This document shows, in pieces, positions 1 through 12,329 of a stretch of 64,000 bases of DNA. Source of the stretch: the human T2T-CHM13v2.0 reference genome, Homo sapiens; the NCBI RefSeq assembly GCF_009914755.1, contig NC_060933.1. One strand, given 5' to 3'. Positions within the stretch are counted from its first letter, which is position 1; each line of letters opens with the position of its first letter. Under the pieces are notes generated by a model, which saw only the letters and a program-made list of their open reading frames with translations, was not told the DNA's origin and did not search any database. The position numbers and the translations under genes were made by a program.

Positions 1-1279
1 CATGTTTGCTTCAGACGTTTCCTTTCTTCAAGTCAGTTACGATAGTTCTTTGTTTAGCCAGGATTTTTCTTCCTCCTCGTCTTTTGGAGCTAACATGGAA
101 AGGAACTCCTCACCTGCAGGAGGAGCCCCAAGTCCAAATGCCTGGTGTCGACGGTGGGCAGAGGGCAGCCCCTGGTCACTTGCCCATCTCTCCCTGCCCT
201 CAGGCCTGGCCCGGCCCTCTATGACCAAGGCAAACAGCGGCACTGATGGAGGATTGATGAGGTGCAGGGGCCAGAGCAGGTGCAGGGGTGCTGGGTGGAC
301 ACACGAAGGCTGGGTGGAGGGGGGCGCTGGGTGGGTGCTGAGGCCTCCAAGAAGCTGCCATTTCTCCGGAAAGTATGTGAATTTCCATTCACTGTGCCCA
401 CAGCACCCTTCATCCCCATTTTACAGAGGAACCTAGTCAAGGACAAAGCACTCAGTGAACACCGGCAGAATAAGGCCACATTCATGGCGGCCCGCCCGTT
501 CGCCTCAGGTAAGTTCCCCGTGAACTGACACCAGCTTTATTCCATGCATATTTGTGTGATCACCAGTTGGATTTCTGATCCCTGCTGGACTGTAACGGTC
601 AAGAGAGCCCATGCCCTGCTCCACCCTCAAGCCCAGCCGCTGGCACGGAACCTGGCACCTAATGAATAAATGACACTTCGTGAGTAGATCATGAAAGCAT
701 CAATGAATCTTTGTAGAACTCACATCGCTAGACTCGTACGACCCTCAAGGGTAAAAACTGGGTATATTCCATCTCAAAATCACCCAAATTCGATATAGTG
801 CTTGACACTCAATAAATGTTTAGATTCTGAATTTAATTCAAATTTCCCTGGCCAGCCTCTTAAGTGAAGGCAGAAAACATTGTTCATGGCTGAAAAAAAA
901 AAGTTAGGAACAAATTTTAAGCAAACAAACTAAAGCTCATGGGGTAAAGCAGCTGAGAGGGGAGCATCTGGAGGGGAGGCTTTTCATAATTCATATTTTA
1001 AAACGCCAGGCTCACCATCCCTCCATGTTCTCATGTTTAATTAAAAACAGTGAAACATTAATTGAAGCATCTCCCAGCCTCCTGGCTCTGAGGCACCCAG
1101 GAAGTGAGAAACGGGTCAGAGCAACTTCATGCTGTGGAAGGGCCCTAGGCTGGGGAGAAGGAGCCGTCAGGGCAGTTCTCCCAGCCAAGACTTGGTGGGG
1201 CCTTCAGGAGATGGAAAGCTGGCCTCTCAGGGCAGACCCCCTAACGGCATCCTGTGGAAGCCCCTCCAGCCTCAGACAC

Positions 1280-1652
1280 TGTGCACATGTATGTGCATGG
1301 GGGCACGTGTGTGCAGTGTGTGCACATGCATATGTGTGAGGGTGTGTGTGCATGTGCGAGTGTATACGTGTGTGCATGTGTGTGAGGGTGTGTGAGAGGA
1401 TGCACGTGTGTGCACGTGTGTGCATGTGCGTGTGTGCACATGTGAAGCTGTGTGTGTGCGTGTGCGTGTGTGTGCACATGTGTGGGGTGCATGTGTGTGA
1501 GGCTGCATGTGTGTGAGGCTGCGTGTGTGTGAGGCTGTGTGTGCATATCTATGAGAGTGAATGTGTACGTGTGTGCATGCGTGCATGACCATGTGGGATT
1601 GTGGTTGTGTGTGTTCGTTCATGTGCGTGTGTGGGCGTGGGTGGTGTGTGTG
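1280..1652. repeat. Cryptic (TG)n/TGCA alternating purine-pyrimidine simple repeat
   Basis: Run of tgtg/tgca/catg/cgtg units; produces the His/Thr and Val/Cys ORFs in the track. Confidence 0.9.
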
Positions 1653-1912
1653 CCCAATTCCAATTCCCAACTCGAGCTGAGCTCACCTTGTAGCGCAGCC
1701 TGCACTCCTGCTGGTTGATGTCTCACCTCGGCAGGGAAAGGCCACCCAGCCAGGGAGGGCTTCATCCAGAGAAGCAGCCAAAATATAGAGCGCAGAGACT
1801 TCAGGGGTGGGTGAGTGGCTCATATGAGGAAGGCAGAGAGCGCGGCCAGGACTTAGGGCACTGGCGAGGAGGCTGAGCATCCCTGCCCTTGGCACTCAGC
1901 AGCAGCCACAGG

Positions 1913-2086
1913 ATGCACGTGTGCCTGGGGACATGTGGTGCAGTGTGTGTAAATGTGCACGTGTGCGAGGGGAGGTGTGTGCAAGTGTATGCACATGTGT
2001 GCAGGGGGCATGTGTGTGAGGGTATATGTGCATGTGTGTGGGGGCATGTGCATGTGTGTGTGCATATGTTTGAGGGTATGTGTGTA
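1913..2086. repeat. Cryptic (TG)n-like simple repeat
   Basis: Degenerate tgtgtg/catgtg run. Confidence 0.8.
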
Positions 2087-2589
2087 GCAATGCTGGCTGC
2101 AGCAGGATGTGCCCGCCCTGGGCTAAGTCAGCACACTTGCCTCCCCAAGCACGGCAGGGATGAGGGTCCATGCCTCCCAGGTGCCGTGGGAGTCCGCGAG
2201 GCCCCTCCGGGACGTGCCTAGTAGGTTGCCACAGGTCCCTGCAGCTGCGTCTCCCTGACTCCTACCTGACAAACCACGTTCCTGGAGGAATAAAAAATGA
2301 CAACGCTGGGTGTGGACTCAGCTTTCATTTGTTCATTCGGCAAACACATCTCAGTGGCCCCTGTGTGTGTGCTGGGGTAGGGGAGTTAAGCAAAGAGGCC
2401 TGGGACCTGGATGGGCTCAAGCTCCAGCAGGAACGTGCACAGGACCCCAGGTTCCCACAGCTCGGCCGCCAGAGCTCCCTGGATGTCTGGGGCCCACTCG
2501 AGAGAGTCACAGAGGCTTCCGAGCGCTATGGCCTGGGCTTTGAATGATGAGAGAGAACTGGACACAGGCACAAAACAGATAAGAGTCCA

Positions 2590-2886
2590 GGCCAGGCGCG
2601 GTGGCTCATGCCTGTAATCCCAGCACTTTGGGAGGCTGAGGTGGGCAGATCATGAGGTCAGGAGATCGAGACCATCCAGGCCAACATGGTGAAACCCCAT
2701 CTCTACTAAAAATACAAAAATTAGCTGGGCGTGGCGGTGCATGCCTGCAGTCCCAGCTACTCAGGAGGCTGAGGCAGGAGAATTGCTTGAACCCAGGAGG
2801 TGGAGGTTGCAGTGAGCCAACATTGTGCTACTGAGCTCCAGCCTGGGGACAGAGCTAGACTCTGTCTCAAAAAGGAAAAAAAAAAA
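2590..2886 (+). mobile_element. Full-length AluS (AluSc-like) SINE
   Basis: ggccaggcgcggtggctcatgcctgtaatccc start, A-rich linker, poly-A tail, TSD aagagtcca at 2581-2589 and 2887-2895. Confidence 0.95.
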
Positions 2887-4419
2887 AAGAGTCCAGGACA
2901 GAGGCCACAGCAAAGGCCACAGGAAGGGGAGAGGGGGAGGCCTGAGAGGGGAACCCAGTTACTGGCAGCAACAGAGACTGGACTCAGCCAGAGAGGGCCT
3001 CACTCCTCATCCAAGGCCAACAGCGCCCAGACCCAGGTCAGCGCTCCAAAGGGAACGGTAGAATCAACCAACAGCAGCCGAGCGACGGGAGTGTGGTCAG
3101 CCTGCTCAGGCATCCCAGCAGAGGGGCCACGGGGTTCTCGAGGTCCTCTCCTCGCCCAGACCTTCCCAGCGGGGCCAGTACTGTGCACGATTCCAGATGA
3201 CACCGTTGATGTCATGTCTCAGATGACAAGGCCTCCCAGAAGAATGCAGTACGCAGCCTGCACAGCTGTGCGTGGAAGTCCTGGGGCCAGCCCTGTCCCA
3301 GCCCCTGCAGCTAACCCTGGTGTGGGGAGCCCCTTGGCCACATCCACGCACCCCAACTCTGAGGAGCTCCAGGCACCACCCTTGACCTCCAAAGACGCTG
3401 TGTGTGATCGGCAAGTCCGCAAACATCCATGAGCACAGCCTGCCCACCGCAGGGTTGTTCATAAAAGAGGAAAACACCCTTCCCTTCCACAACAGGAGAA
3501 CGGGCATGCAAATGATGGTACGGGCTTGCAGCAGACGCCAAGATGCTGCTGTGGAAGCTCATGCCCAACAGACGGGATGGGCACTCACTGTGCACTAGAG
3601 AGTGAGAGGCAAGGGCAGTGGGCATGCCTCATTTTTGTGAAAACGTACATTTAAGTTTATAAGGCACCTGGAAACGTCTGGAAGGCTCTGTGCCACACCT
3701 GTCATGAGATTATTTCTGGGCGGTGAGATTAGAGATGACTTTCCTCTTTTTTATCTTATTTTTTTTTATTTTAGCTTGCAGGGGCCTGGTTGGCTGGGAG
3801 CTCTCCCACACATTCCGCTCTGAGCCTCACCGAGGTGAGGACGGCATGTCCATCACACTCCAGTTGGAGAAGAAGCTCCAGGAGGCCGGCGCCGCCACAG
3901 ACCACAGGCCAACAAGAAGCAGCGCCTGGATCAGCCCCAGCGCCTGGTCTGTCTCCCACCAGGGCTCCACAGAGGCTGGGAAGGCCAGGAGCAGCCCCTA
4001 GGAAGCTGAAGCCAAGCATGGTGGTGTGGGGTTGGACACTCTGTTCCCTGACATGCTTGCTGGGAGCGGAGGCCACCTGCCACCAGGCAGGGTCAGCCAG
4101 ACCTGAAGCTGCCAACCTTTGTCCTGGAGAGGGGTCCTCTTAATGCCACCTGCTCTGTGTGTGTCCCAGCAGGCCCGGGTGGTCCCAATCTTCAACTCCG
4201 TCCCCGGGTCCCTATGTGTTCACCCACATGTGTAAGGCTGCATGAGACACAGGAAAGGGGACACCTCGCCAGGAGCTCCCCAGGTGCACCAACTTCTGCC
4301 CTTGAACTGCCCCCCTCCCGACAGGAAGAAGGCTGGACCACCTCACTCCCGGCTTCTGGGGTCTTCCCGGGTGAGGGCTGGCTACCAAGTACGCTACTGC
4401 AAGAGACAAGTAGCTCTTT

Positions 4420-5170
4420 TGCCCAGAAAATAAAGGGCTTAGAAGGGCAAATTGATTCTGGTGCTGCTTAAAGAGAAATAACCGCTTCCGCCCGGGATTT
4501 TAATTACGGAGCTCTGCAAGAGCTGTGAACTCTGTTTTTCTTCATTATTTTCGGAACTAGTTCTCCTCCTTCTCCCCCTACTTCCCACCACCACGTCCCT
4601 GTTTGCTCCTCGACCTTCTCTTGTGTTTTCCAACCCAGTGACTCAAAGCAAACCGGAGTTGCTGCTGGATGCTTTCAGGGGCTGAATTTTAGCATTCTAT
4701 TAAAATTTCAATGGATGTCGTGTGAGTTGGGGAATTTCCTATCTGCAGAAACCTTTGCCTTCATTCTAGTTAAGAAAATAAAAAACAAAAAGCCTGTTCC
4801 CTGTGGCTCTGTAATCCAAACGCTATAAATTCCAAAGAATAAAGGGAGCTTGGCCCCCCCTCGAGACCCCCTTTCCCTGGCATGGCCGGCAATCAGGCCT
4901 CTAATTACGTTTCCTGTTTGCAACTGGCAAATAAAATATTTAGGCAGCCTACACTGAGTGTTCCAGGCCCGGCCCGGCCCGCAGCTGCACTGCCCCCAAA
5001 CAGGAAGGCATACAGACAAAAAAATTAAATGAAACAAATGGCAGATAAATACAGGCGCGTTGTTTTAAAAATTCATAAACACTAGCCTCTGATGCAATTT
5101 ATTTTGGTTAACTAGTGAAAAACCCATGTAACTTACTGAAGAGATTCGATTGAAGCATGATTTTTCAAGA
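4420..5170. promoter_or_regulatory. AT-rich non-repeat island, candidate conserved enhancer
   Basis: Sharp AT enrichment against GC-rich flanks; TAATTA cores near 4501 and 4902, GCAAATA FOX-like and AACAAATGG-type motifs; no repeat similarity recognised; function inferred. Confidence 0.4.
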
Positions 5171-7824
5171 AATGCCATTGAATGGCTTCTCACCATGTGT
5201 GCTGTGGCTCAGCAGGCTCCCAGAATGGGGTGTCCCCCAGGTCCCATCAGAACCTAACAAACAGACAAAGTGGCCAGCAACAGCTGCACAGGGGCTGCAC
5301 GGACGGGGCGTCCGCTCTGCTGCTGACCAGATGGGCAGGCCCAATAAACAACCCCTCAGTTTCTCCATCTGTGACTCGGGAGCCATCAGCAGAAAGCTCT
5401 TGCAGGGCTGTGGGGAGCTCAGTGCACCCATGAGGGCATCACAGGCACAGTGCCCTGCACCTCAGGGGTGCCCTGGGCGGGCAAGGTCTTCTTCCAGCCT
5501 GACTGCCCCAAGAAAGGGATAGGGTGCTTTGCACAGACCCCAAATCCACAGTCCAAGCTGCGGTGTAGTTTTGCTGAGATTCTGGAAATTCCTTTCTATT
5601 TTGCAAAAAGAGGAGCCAAGGACCAGCACCAGAGGGGTGGCCCGGGGCCCAGGCACCCACCCAACTGAGCTGCGGCAGAGGGCAGCGGGCTCTCTGCAAA
5701 CTGTAACAAGTTGGCTCTGTGGCCCTGTCTGTCAGAGGAGGAGGCTGTTCCCAGGAGACGTGGGCTCCACGGGAGACGCGCCGGCTGCGCTCAGCGGGGA
5801 GAGGTTGTCGCTCCAGTCCCTAGTGGAGGTCTGTTTGTGCAGGAAGCCGTCATCAGCAGAGAGGCTTTTATAGAAAGCCTCACCATTCCCCCTGCACCTA
5901 ATTTGAGATGAAGGAACTCATTTGCTACGGAAGGCTCTAGAAAGTGGCTGCTGGCATGGTGGCAGGTGTGTGGGGATGGGAGAGGTGGCAAGAGGTCCAG
6001 GGACCCAGGCAGGATGGCCACTTATGGGTGTCCAGGCACCCACAGCTGACCCATGGGGCCCAAGCAAGAAGGACGCCAAGGCCACAGTGGGTGGAAGGGA
6101 CCTGGTGGGAGACCCAGCTGAGGACAGCAGAGGCTGAGGACAGCAGAGGCTCAGCCCCACTTCCCCTGTGGTCCCTCACAAAGCCCCTCCCTCTTTCCAG
6201 ACTCCTCCCCTCAGAACCTTCTCCGTCCGCCCACCGGCCAAGGCTCAGAGGGCTCTGGGGAAGGCGTGCGGGGTGGCAGGGCCCACCCAGGGTCCGGGTG
6301 CACCTGCAGGGCAGGCCCCGAGCTGCTCACCTCCCTGCTTTCCTCAGCCTCGAAGCAGCCAGGGCTCCCGGGCAGGGCGCCACAGCAGCCTCTATTTACC
6401 CCTCTGTAAAATGGGAAGAAAGTTCTCCCCAGGTGAGGCTGTCTCATGACTAAATCAGACACTCCAAGCTGATGCTCTGAAGCCACAGGTGTCCCTGCAT
6501 CCCCATCACTAATACTGTCCTCTTTCCTACCATGGACAGGGGGCTCAGCGCCCAGGAAAAGAGCTCCACACTTTTCTAGCATCCCCTCGGGAGCTCTGGT
6601 TCCATAGAAGGGGGCTCCCAGTGTCCGATGGGGCTGAGCACAGCATGCAGCTGGGGCCCCCGTGTCCTAGGGATCCGAGAGCACACTGTTGGGCAGCAGC
6701 TCCTGGACGGGGCCCACCAGCCTTTGTGCAAACCAAGAAGGAGCTCGTCCCCTGGTACCAGGGCACCCAGCTGGCAAGCACAGGTGGCTGGACCCTGGCT
6801 CCCTCATTGGCACCTGCGGGGCCACATCGTGACCTTTGTGGGCCCCAGACACCATTCCCCCTGCACCTGATGGATCCATCGCTTTGCCCAGCCTTGGCTC
6901 TCGAGGTGACCTTCAAGGACTGCTGCAAGGACTGCCCCGCCAAGGAGCCTGGCACAGGCTGTTGGACACAACCCCAATTACTGACAGGTTCGCAAAGACA
7001 CCCAAGCTGCAGGGCCTTGGCAGACGGGTAAGCAGCCTGATCTCGTCCAGAAATCTTGTCCACGTGCACCTCCCGGGAGCCCTCCTTCGGAGATGGCCGA
7101 GGCCTGATGCCCCAGAAGTCACTGTGTCCAGCTCCCACCTCTCCTGCCCCTCAACCCCTCAGTTCCTCCCTGGGAACCACCTGTCAGCTGCCTCAGCCTG
7201 GATTTGTGTTTTCACCCGGGAGTGACTCGGGGCCTCTGGTGGCCTGGGGAGATGGGGGAGCTTCCTGGGTCCAGGCACCAGCAGTCACCTCTGTCCCCAA
7301 GGAAGGCCCTGCCAAAGGGCCGGGCACCAGGTGCTCCACGTTTAGGCCAGGACTAGTTGATGGCTGCCCAGGCTCCCAGTGACACATTCCCCTCCTCTGG
7401 GGTTGTCCCTGCTGGGCCTCTGTGCCAGCTGACAGCCAGAAGTCTGGTGATCGAGCCCGGTGGGGTCTCTGCCTGGGGAGGGATCCCTGGGTTTTGTCCC
7501 CATGCAGTGGGGGCTCAGGAAGTGCCCCCCAGCTTCCTCCTGCCTCTCAGCATTCCCAGCTGCCAGCACAGAGAGGCTGGGCTCAAGTCTTCTCCAAGGC
7601 CAGTGCCACCCTCCACCAGGTCCCACTGAGCCTCATGGGGCTGGTGGAGCCACCTGCCCACCTCAGCACTGCATCTCCAGCCAGGGCTGAGTGGCAGTGT
7701 GGGCACCGCGGCCCGGGACGACAGCCTGGGCTCAGAGTCAGGCTTGTGGCTTCGCCTCTCAGCTTGCGTCTCCTCCCCTGTGGGATGGGGGATTCCGTGG
7801 CACCCCCATGATGAACAGGATGCC

Positions 7825-7897
7825 ATGGGCCTCAGCCCAGGGCAGACCTCAGTGTCCTTCCTGTGGCCGCTGCTGGAGGTGCGTGACCACAACACAG
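7825..7897 (+). CDS. C9orf62: Putative C9orf62 ORF, coding exon 1 (MGLSPGQTSVSFLWPLLEVRDHNT-G)
   Basis: gccATGG Kozak context at 7825; donor CAG|GTGTGT after 7897; phase-1 junction joins in frame to exon 2. Confidence 0.7.
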
Positions 7898-7964
7898 GTG
7901 TGTATCGATGTCACTTTGCGTCATGCCTGTGGGGAGGGCCCTCTCGCCCCATGGTCTCCATGGG

Positions 7965-8080
7965 GCCTCATCACACCTGGGAGGTAACTGGGGCATCTCA
8001 ATTTTACAGATGAGTAAATGGAGGCTCAGAGCAGTTACAGGCTGAGGCTGAGACCTGGGCAGGTCTTTGTCATCTTGGAG
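7965..8080 (-). mobile_element. MIR fragment in the C9orf62 intron
   Basis: catctcaattttacagatgagtaaatggaggctcagag matches the MIR core reverse complement. Confidence 0.75.
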
Positions 8081-8149
8081 TCCAGCACATACACAGGGCT
8101 AGCCTCCAATGGGCTAAAGGGAGCTGCCTCCTATACCTCCCTGTCCCCA

Positions 8150-8322
8150 GACACACACACAGAACCCCCACATATGCACAAGAGCACACGGCCACAGGAG
8201 TGTGTGCAGGTGTGTGCATGCATGCATGCGCATGCACACACATCCTTGCACAGAATGCACAAGGCACACACAGGCACAGGCGTGTGCACACACGTGTACA
8301 CACACACATGCCTGCATGCATA
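8150..8322. repeat. Cryptic (CA)n/CATG simple repeat, intronic
   Basis: cacaca/catgca run. Confidence 0.7.
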
Positions 8323-8447
8323 CCTCCCGGCTCCACAGAGGGGAGGGGGCATTTCCCAGGCAGGCTATGCTTCTCCAGCAGTGAGCGAACAAAATCTGTG
8401 CTCTGGGTGCCCAGAGCCCGGCAATGAGGGGATCTCACACCCTCCAG

Positions 8448-8833
8448 GGAGGGGACTCGTCCCCGCCACTGTGCTGACGCCTGGGTCTCCAGAGACCCTC
8501 CTGGAACTCCGCCAGGCCTTCCTGGGTTCCAGACAGGCCCGCCACGGGCATGACGCAGCGCCATCTAGCGGACAGCAGGGCTGCAGCGTGGACAGAACGG
8601 CCGGACGCCCAGTCCTGGGCTGGCGGCTGAGGAACAGCCTCACAGGGCAAGAGGGCAGGCAACACCTGCATCTTTCCGGCATAAGAACCTCAAGAAAAGC
8701 AAAGGAATATAAGCCTGTGTTCTTTGGAGCCACCGAAATCTCTGTTCTCATGGCAGTCGCTGAAAGTTTAAGGGAGCCGCCACCGCCCCAAGGGGGTTGG
8801 TTTCTTTCTTCCCTGTTTTTAAAGATCTTTTAA
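8448..8833 (+). CDS. C9orf62: Putative C9orf62 ORF, coding exon 2 (GRGLVPATVL...SSLFLKIF*)
   Basis: Acceptor ctcacaccctccAG|G at 8447/8448; 73+386 nt = 153 codons = 152 aa plus stop; no recognisable domain, so real translation is doubtful. Confidence 0.7.
8556..8574 (-). promoter_or_regulatory. Candidate CTCF site
   Basis: Reverse complement TGTCCGCTAGATGGCGCTG closely fits the CTCF core CCRSYAGRKGGCRS. Confidence 0.55.
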
Positions 8834-9241
8834 AATGTCTAGAGAGACCCTGGGATCCAGTGCTGGACGGATGATGCAGGTTTGCGTGCATTTGGGTTCT
8901 TGCCCCACCCTCAGCCTCAGCCACAGCCACAGCATGGCTCCCTGGTGGTCTCGGGAGCAGGTGAACAGGGAGGTCCTGCTGTCGGTGCAGACCCCGCTCT
9001 CACGTCAGCCACTTTGCTGGGTAGGAATGAACTGAGACACTGCAGGGCACCCGCTAAGCCCACATCAAGCTCTAATTCCACAGTTATTTTGCAAAGAGGA
9101 TAATGTTCCCCTGAGGACTCGCTGGATCATCTGCTCTCGGCCAGGGTGGCTGCAGGGCTGTGGGCAGCCGGTGCCTCTAGACAAGACATCTTCACCCCAA
9201 AACCCCAGGCCTGAAGTCCCAGGACCCCTTTCTCACCACAG

Positions 9242-9260
9242 TGACCACCAGGTGGCAGGT
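9242..9260 (+). promoter_or_regulatory. Candidate CTCF site
   Basis: tgaCCACCAGGTGGCAGgt fits the CTCF core with no mismatch. Confidence 0.5.
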
Positions 9261-9864
9261 CAGGTGCAGAGGGGCCCTCTGCACCCCCAACTCTCAGGGG
9301 GATGGGACACCCACCACCCCTCAGGGCCTTCATCCCTCCTGTAAGTAGAGGCTTGCCTTTTGGATACCATGGCAGGGATCTCACATTCATGCCACACAGC
9401 AATTCGTGGGGACCTCAGAGATACGCGGGGAGGGCAAACAAGGCCCGCATCTGGAGTACAGCAGCGGGCTTGGCTGGAAGGATGTAAAGGGCACAGGCCG
9501 TCTGTCTCTACCCACAGCCCCTAGAGCCTGCAGCGTCGTGCTGCTGGTGAGAAAGACGGCGGCACCATCACATGCGAGAGACAGCTGTCTGTCGAGAGCC
9601 TGCTTGGGCTCCCAGGCTCCCTCATCGCCTGACACCCCCACGTGGGGAGGGGGCGATGACCTTTCACGTAGAGGAAGTTGAAAGCTGCTTTTTTCTTTTG
9701 GAATCTCATCTCCACTCAGGGCCACACAGAGAGGCTATTGTGTGTCACTTGCTGGGTTAGGAACAGACGGATCAGGGCTTCTATGCTGCGTCTGCCTGGT
9801 CCTGGGAGAGAGAAACTCACACAACCATCTGCCTGGAAGACCTGGGCTTCTCAGGCTAGAGGGT

Positions 9865-10165
9865 CTGCACATGTAGGTGTGTGTGCATGCATACATATAC
9901 CTGCGTGTGGATGTCTGTGCTTCACACAAACAAGTGTACATGTGGGCATATGTGTGTGTGTGCCTGCATGTGCAGCTCTGGGTATGTGTGTGTGCGCATG
10001 CCCCTGAGTCTCTCTGCATGTGATGCATTTGTGCATGTGTGTGCCTGTGTGCCCGGGTCTGTGTCTATATATATGCATGCATGGATATGCATATGTATGT
10101 GCATTTCTGCACATGTGTGCGTATGCCTGTATGTGCCTGGCTATGTGCACACACATGTGAATGTC
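9865..10165. repeat. Cryptic (TG)n/TGCATG simple repeat
   Basis: Degenerate tgtgtg/tgcatg/tatg run. Confidence 0.8.
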
Positions 10166-10965
10166 TGAGCAGCTCCAGAGGGAGGGCCACCACCCTGCAT
10201 GGTGGACATTAGTTTGAGCCTGTGAGGACCAGTGTCCCCCAAAGCCCCTCAACTACAGCCCAGCCCAACCCAACCCGGAGCAGATCACAGGCCCCAGAGA
10301 CATCTCCAACCCTCACACATGGTTCCCAAACCCGGGCTATCCTTCACTCTGCAGGGGCGGGCCAGCCCTGCCCACTGCCAGGGACCCGCTCCAAGGCGCC
10401 TGCAGGAGGGCTGTGGGCGACAGTGTGGGCGCCCACCAGCAGGAGGGCCTGTCGTGGTCTGTGCACGAAGCTGGTGCGCTGTCTTCTCCAGGAACTCGCA
10501 CCTTCGCTCCCCCTCCCCTGCCAGCCAACACTTTCAGGTTTCTGCCATAAAAGAGAAAAAAATCTCCCTCCCTCTCTACCCGCTCCGCGCCTGCTCCTTC
10601 TCCACTTTTTGCAGATCAAACAGCATGCATGGAGTCGAGCCTGCTGGCTCTGTTCCGAGCTGCACTTTGGGCATCCGTGGGCTGCCTTGCTCCTTGTGGG
10701 GTGGCTTCAAGAGCAGGTCCCAGGTGTGCCTGCAGCAGTGCCGACACCCCTGAGAACACAGCGCACCCCAGCTTTCGGCGCCAACCACACAGCCAGCAAC
10801 TGGGCTTGGAAGCTTCCCTGAGGTCGACGCTGCCTGGAAATGGACTTTGCTGCCTGCATTCAGGCCAGGGGCCGTGTTTGCTCCCCCATTACAAGTTGGC
10901 CTCATATTAACATGTCTGAGGACTAAGGCTGGTATTCTAGAACACGCCTTTCACTGATTGTGTTA

Positions 10966-10971
10966 AATAAA
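10966..10971 (+). terminator. Candidate polyadenylation signal of C9orf62/LINC02907
   Basis: AATAAA in an AT-rich patch about 2.1 kb after the stop codon. Confidence 0.55.
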
Positions 10972-12329
10972 AGAGAAAGATGAAAAAACTCAGGAGAATT
11001 GGCGGTACCCGCTGTCCCCGTTTCTCCCCTCCCACCAGCTCCACGGCCCACTCCAATCTGGCGCCCAGGCCCGGAGCGCCTCCACCCCCAGCAGCTCCTC
11101 CTGGGCCAGGGACCAGTCTCGTCCCACGCCTCTGCAGCCCTGGGGTCACCACTGGCCACTCCCTTCAAGAAGCACACTCAGGTCTGGGCTTGGATGATGC
11201 CCCTGGTGGCCCTGGGGCCTCCCTGGCACCTCCTCCTCTGGCCTCACCCTCAGGCCAACCTGTCACACCCGGCTTCAGCTCCCACCTGCCCGAGGAGAAT
11301 GCTCTCAGGCCGCCCTGCAGGCTCTGGGCCGGGGCTCTGCCTCCTCCTCCCAAAGACCCAGCGAGTCCAGACTTCACCCTCCTCCAGCTGCCATCCAGCC
11401 CCCCGGCACCCCTAGGCCCAGCTGCCCCCTCCCATCCCACCTGCTCCAATGCACCCTCCACACAGAGAGAATGTGTCACCATACATGCTTCATGGTGCCA
11501 CTGTCCTGCTGGAAGTCCTCGGAGGCTGGCACTCTTCTCAGGATGTGCTGTCCTCTGCCAACCCCACCGGTCTTGCCCCCAGGTCCTGGCCTCAGCCCCT
11601 TGGGTCCTTTATTCCATGTTTACTGTACCCACTCCCACAGTCAGACACGGCTTCCGTGTTCCCTGTGCCCAGAACTCCTCCCCCAGGGGGTCAGCTCATC
11701 CCCAAGATCTCAGCCACAGTCACTTCCCCCGGGTGGGGCTCCTGACCCTGGAATCAGTCAGATGCTCCGGGACTCGCAGTTTGGGGAGTAGGGTGGTAAT
11801 GCCCGTCTCCTGGTGGGCTGCCCGGTGAGCACACTGTTGTGTCCCTGCCCCAGCACCCGGCAAGCACACCCTGGCACTCTGCAGACCCTGTCACTCAGTG
11901 AAGGAACACACCCCTCTGTGGGCCAGACCCGCCCACCAAGGTGCACGGTTCTCCTGTCTCACTGTTCAGTGAGAAATGGCTGGGAGAGTATCCGGAGAGT
12001 ATTCAGAGCGCAGGACAGGACAGCAGAGCACGACAGGGGTCCATGAGTACACGGCTGCTTCCAGGCCGAGTTCCTCAAGCCAGCTCTGAAGAGTTGTGAC
12101 TCAGGAAGGCATCAGGCGCTTGCTCACTGCCAGGCAATGCCTCCCGGCTCCTGAAGGCCTCCTTGATTCCTTACGAGAAAGAGAGGCAGGGAAGGGGGCT
12201 AGCCTTCGGCCTGGCTTCTGCTCTGCTGGGAATGCTTTCTCCTGACGTCTTCTTGCTGTTCGAGTGTCAACCCAAACGTCACCCCTTGACAAAGACACCT
12301 GAGCCCCTGCACTTGGAAGTAGCAGCCCC

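Larger units (their letters stand above)
7680..10990 (+). ncRNA. LINC02907: Transcription unit of C9orf62 / LINC02907 (ends approximate)
   Basis: Spliced ORF matches my recollection of the C9orf62 predicted protein; canonical GT-AG intron 7898-8447; AATAAA at 10966-10971; 5' end estimated from the CpG cluster near 7700; extra 3' introns not excluded. Confidence 0.65.

Noticed and set aside
37-125. Possible minus-strand exon (ctcctgcag|GTGAGG, EEFLSMLAPKDEEEEKSWLNKELS*)
   Set aside because: The site reads equally as acceptor or donor, the peptide is unrecognised, and it lies at the window edge.
8791-8797. Possible G/W difference (PQGGWF) from my memory of the C9orf62 protein
   Set aside because: My recollection of that residue is not reliable enough to call a variant.
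10980-11828. 282-aa Pro-rich ORF starting at the putative poly(A) site
   Set aside because: C-rich low-complexity DNA, no domain, no supporting splice or promoter structure.
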